DNA from: Squalus acanthias
Lineage: Eukaryota
DNA length: 64,000 nt
Direction: 5' to 3'
Assembly (NCBI GenBank): GCA_030390025.1
Contig: CM059431.1
Coordinates: forward strand, 126,544,001-126,608,000
The translations under genes were made by a program, and so were the position numbers. The notes below the pieces were generated by a model, which was not told the origin of the DNA, made no database searches, and was given only the letters and a program-made list of their open reading frames with translations. Numbering within the stretch: the first letter of the stretch is position 1; every line of letters starts with the position of its first letter. Below, one piece after another: positions 62,100 to 64,000 of this stretch.

Positions 62100-63398
62100 C
62101 GGGAACATTTCTCATTACCTCTCACTATTGACCGATCGCTTCTGTCATCTTTACTTCACCTGCTATCTATTCCATCAGCATGGGTGCCCTTTATACTCTC
62201 TCACCTTAGTTTTCAGATTCCCACCATGATCAGCCCCAACACCAGCAGCACCAGGCACACCAGCAACACCAACAACAACACCAACCTTCTCCACAATCAC
62301 CTGATGCTGCACAGGACAGAGGGCATCAGCACCCGACCACATTGCTGCCCAGGAAACCTGGGATGGCCTCACCCTGGCCAGATTTAATTCACTTGACGCT
62401 GTCCACCCTGGTTGCCACATGATGCGCCAGGTTGGCACCACCCCACACCAACACCTTAAAGCATCCCTGCAATGTCCAAGCCATTCCTTTCACACTCACC
62501 ACCATTGCGGGGGGGGGGACGTTATGTCTCACCAGTCACTGCAACTCACTAAGCCACTTCCAAAGGTGCACACAAATCTGTCCAAGAACGCAAAGTGTTC
62601 AAAATAAAGGTTTCAATTTTTGACACCACATCAACAGAAACTTTACGTGAACATTGCATAATACACTCAAGTGCCTACCCTTGGGTGTTGTTAGTTGGAA
62701 TGATCGCACCAGGATGAGATGAGTGTGAAGGGTGGCTAGTGAGATGGGGATGTGATAATGTAGATAGACAGGGATGGGTGGAGGTGCAAGGTATGTTAGT
62801 GTGAGTAAGGATGTGCAGGAGTAGGGTAGGGAAGGCACAGTGATGTGGATGTGATGAGAGGCACAGCAGGGTGAGGTTGAGTGTGGCTTTGTACTAACGT
62901 TTTGTGATCTATTGAGATCATTGAAAAGTTTGCGGCACTGCACCCAGGTCCTCCTGACCATATCCCTGCTTGTGCCCTCCTCTGCAATGTGCGACTAGGC
63001 TGTGTTGATCTCCTGTGGAGGTCTCTTCCGCCCACGGGAAGGGAAGAGGATCTCCCTGCGTGCTCTGGAGGGAGTCATGGGAGAGCCTGGGTGCAGCCCT
63101 GCACCTCTGAGCAGTGCTTGTCAGTGTTTGCAGCACCTCACTGCTGTAGAACACCGACAGCCCAAATGTCAAAATAAATTTGGATATGGTCCCTTTAAGG
63201 AAACCGGCTGATGACGCGTCATCAAATGACGTCACCAGACTCGCTTCCTCGAATTGGCTGGGAAATGCTCTGGGCGGGCTCAGTAAGCCCAATCAGGGGA
63301 AATTTATTTCAGAGGCCGGGATGGAGACAGCAGCGGGGTCAGGACCCACCACTGACCTCACTCGCCACGCACCCGCAGGGGTTAGTAAAATCGTGGAC
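62100..63398 (-). mobile_element. Internally deleted Harbinger element, copy 3 (one end missing)
   Basis: Reverse complement is collinear with 4868-6250; terminus GTCCACGATTTTAC; RRTWVQCRKLFNDL. Confidence 0.8.
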
Positions 63399-64000
63399 AA
63401 TGTCTTCGGAGCCCAGCACAAAGTCCGTTCCCTAGCCATTGACTCTATCCCTCTACATAGCATCTGCCTGAGGCTGAACCAAACTCTTCACAACCTTGGT
63501 GTCATATTTGAACCAGAAATGAGCTTTCGGCCTCATATCTGCAGCATAACTAAGACCGCCTATTTCCACCTCCGTAACATTGCCCGACTCCGCCCCTGCC
63601 TCAGCTCATCTGCTGCTGAAACCTTCATCCATGCCTTTGTTTCCTCTAGACTTGACAATTCCAATGCACTCCTGGCTCGCCTCCCACGTTCTACCCTATG
63701 CAAACTTGAGGTCATCCAAAACTCGGCTGCCCGTGTCCTAACTCGCACCAAGTCCTATTCACCTGTCACCTCCATGCTCGCTGATCTACATTGGCTCCTG
63801 GTTAAGCAATGCCTTGATATTAAAATTCTCATTCTTGTTTTCAAATTCCTCCATGGCCTCACCACTCCCCATCTCGGTAATCTCCTCCAGATATCTGCGC
63901 TCCTCCAATCCTGGCTTCTAGAGCAACCCTGATTTTAATCGCTCAACCATTGGTGGCCATGCCTTCAGCTGCCAAGTCCCTAAGCTCTGGAATTCCCTCC
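63399..64000 (+). mobile_element. L2-like LINE RT C-terminal part
   Basis: NLGVIF...AYFHLRNIARLRP.LS..AAE..IHAFVSSRLD.SN..L, IQNSAARVL. Confidence 0.9.

Noticed and set aside
63180..63932. 250-aa ORF as a novel gene
   Set aside because: It is a chance read-through from a Harbinger terminus into an L2 RT fragment.

Overview
This is vertebrate genomic DNA. The repeat content (CR1 with an esterase ORF1, Deu-domain tRNA SINE, Penelope, many PIF/Harbinger elements) suggests a cartilaginous fish, but that is inference. Almost the whole window is transposable elements, and I could not identify any host protein-coding gene. At the left edge is the 5' end of an apparently young minus-strand LTR retroelement. 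It has a 1.6-kb TG..CA LTR, a perfect 18-nt tRNA-Arg(UCG) primer-binding site and an open 350-codon gag with a PSAPPSY late-domain motif. It abuts two stacked, opposite-orientation partial LTRs of a related family, which looks like serial insertion into its own relatives. The rest is a dense PIF/Harbinger field: three near full-length two-gene elements (3-exon Myb/SANT gene convergent with a HARBI1-like DDE transposase), three copies of an internally deleted derivative and about ten MITEs. These are interleaved and nested with CR1, L2 and other LINE fragments, SINEs, a Penelope fragment carrying a degenerate hammerhead motif, a Tigger-like MITE and a 57-bp minisatellite. Family names come from motif recognition by eye, not database searches. 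Boundaries of degraded elements are approximate.
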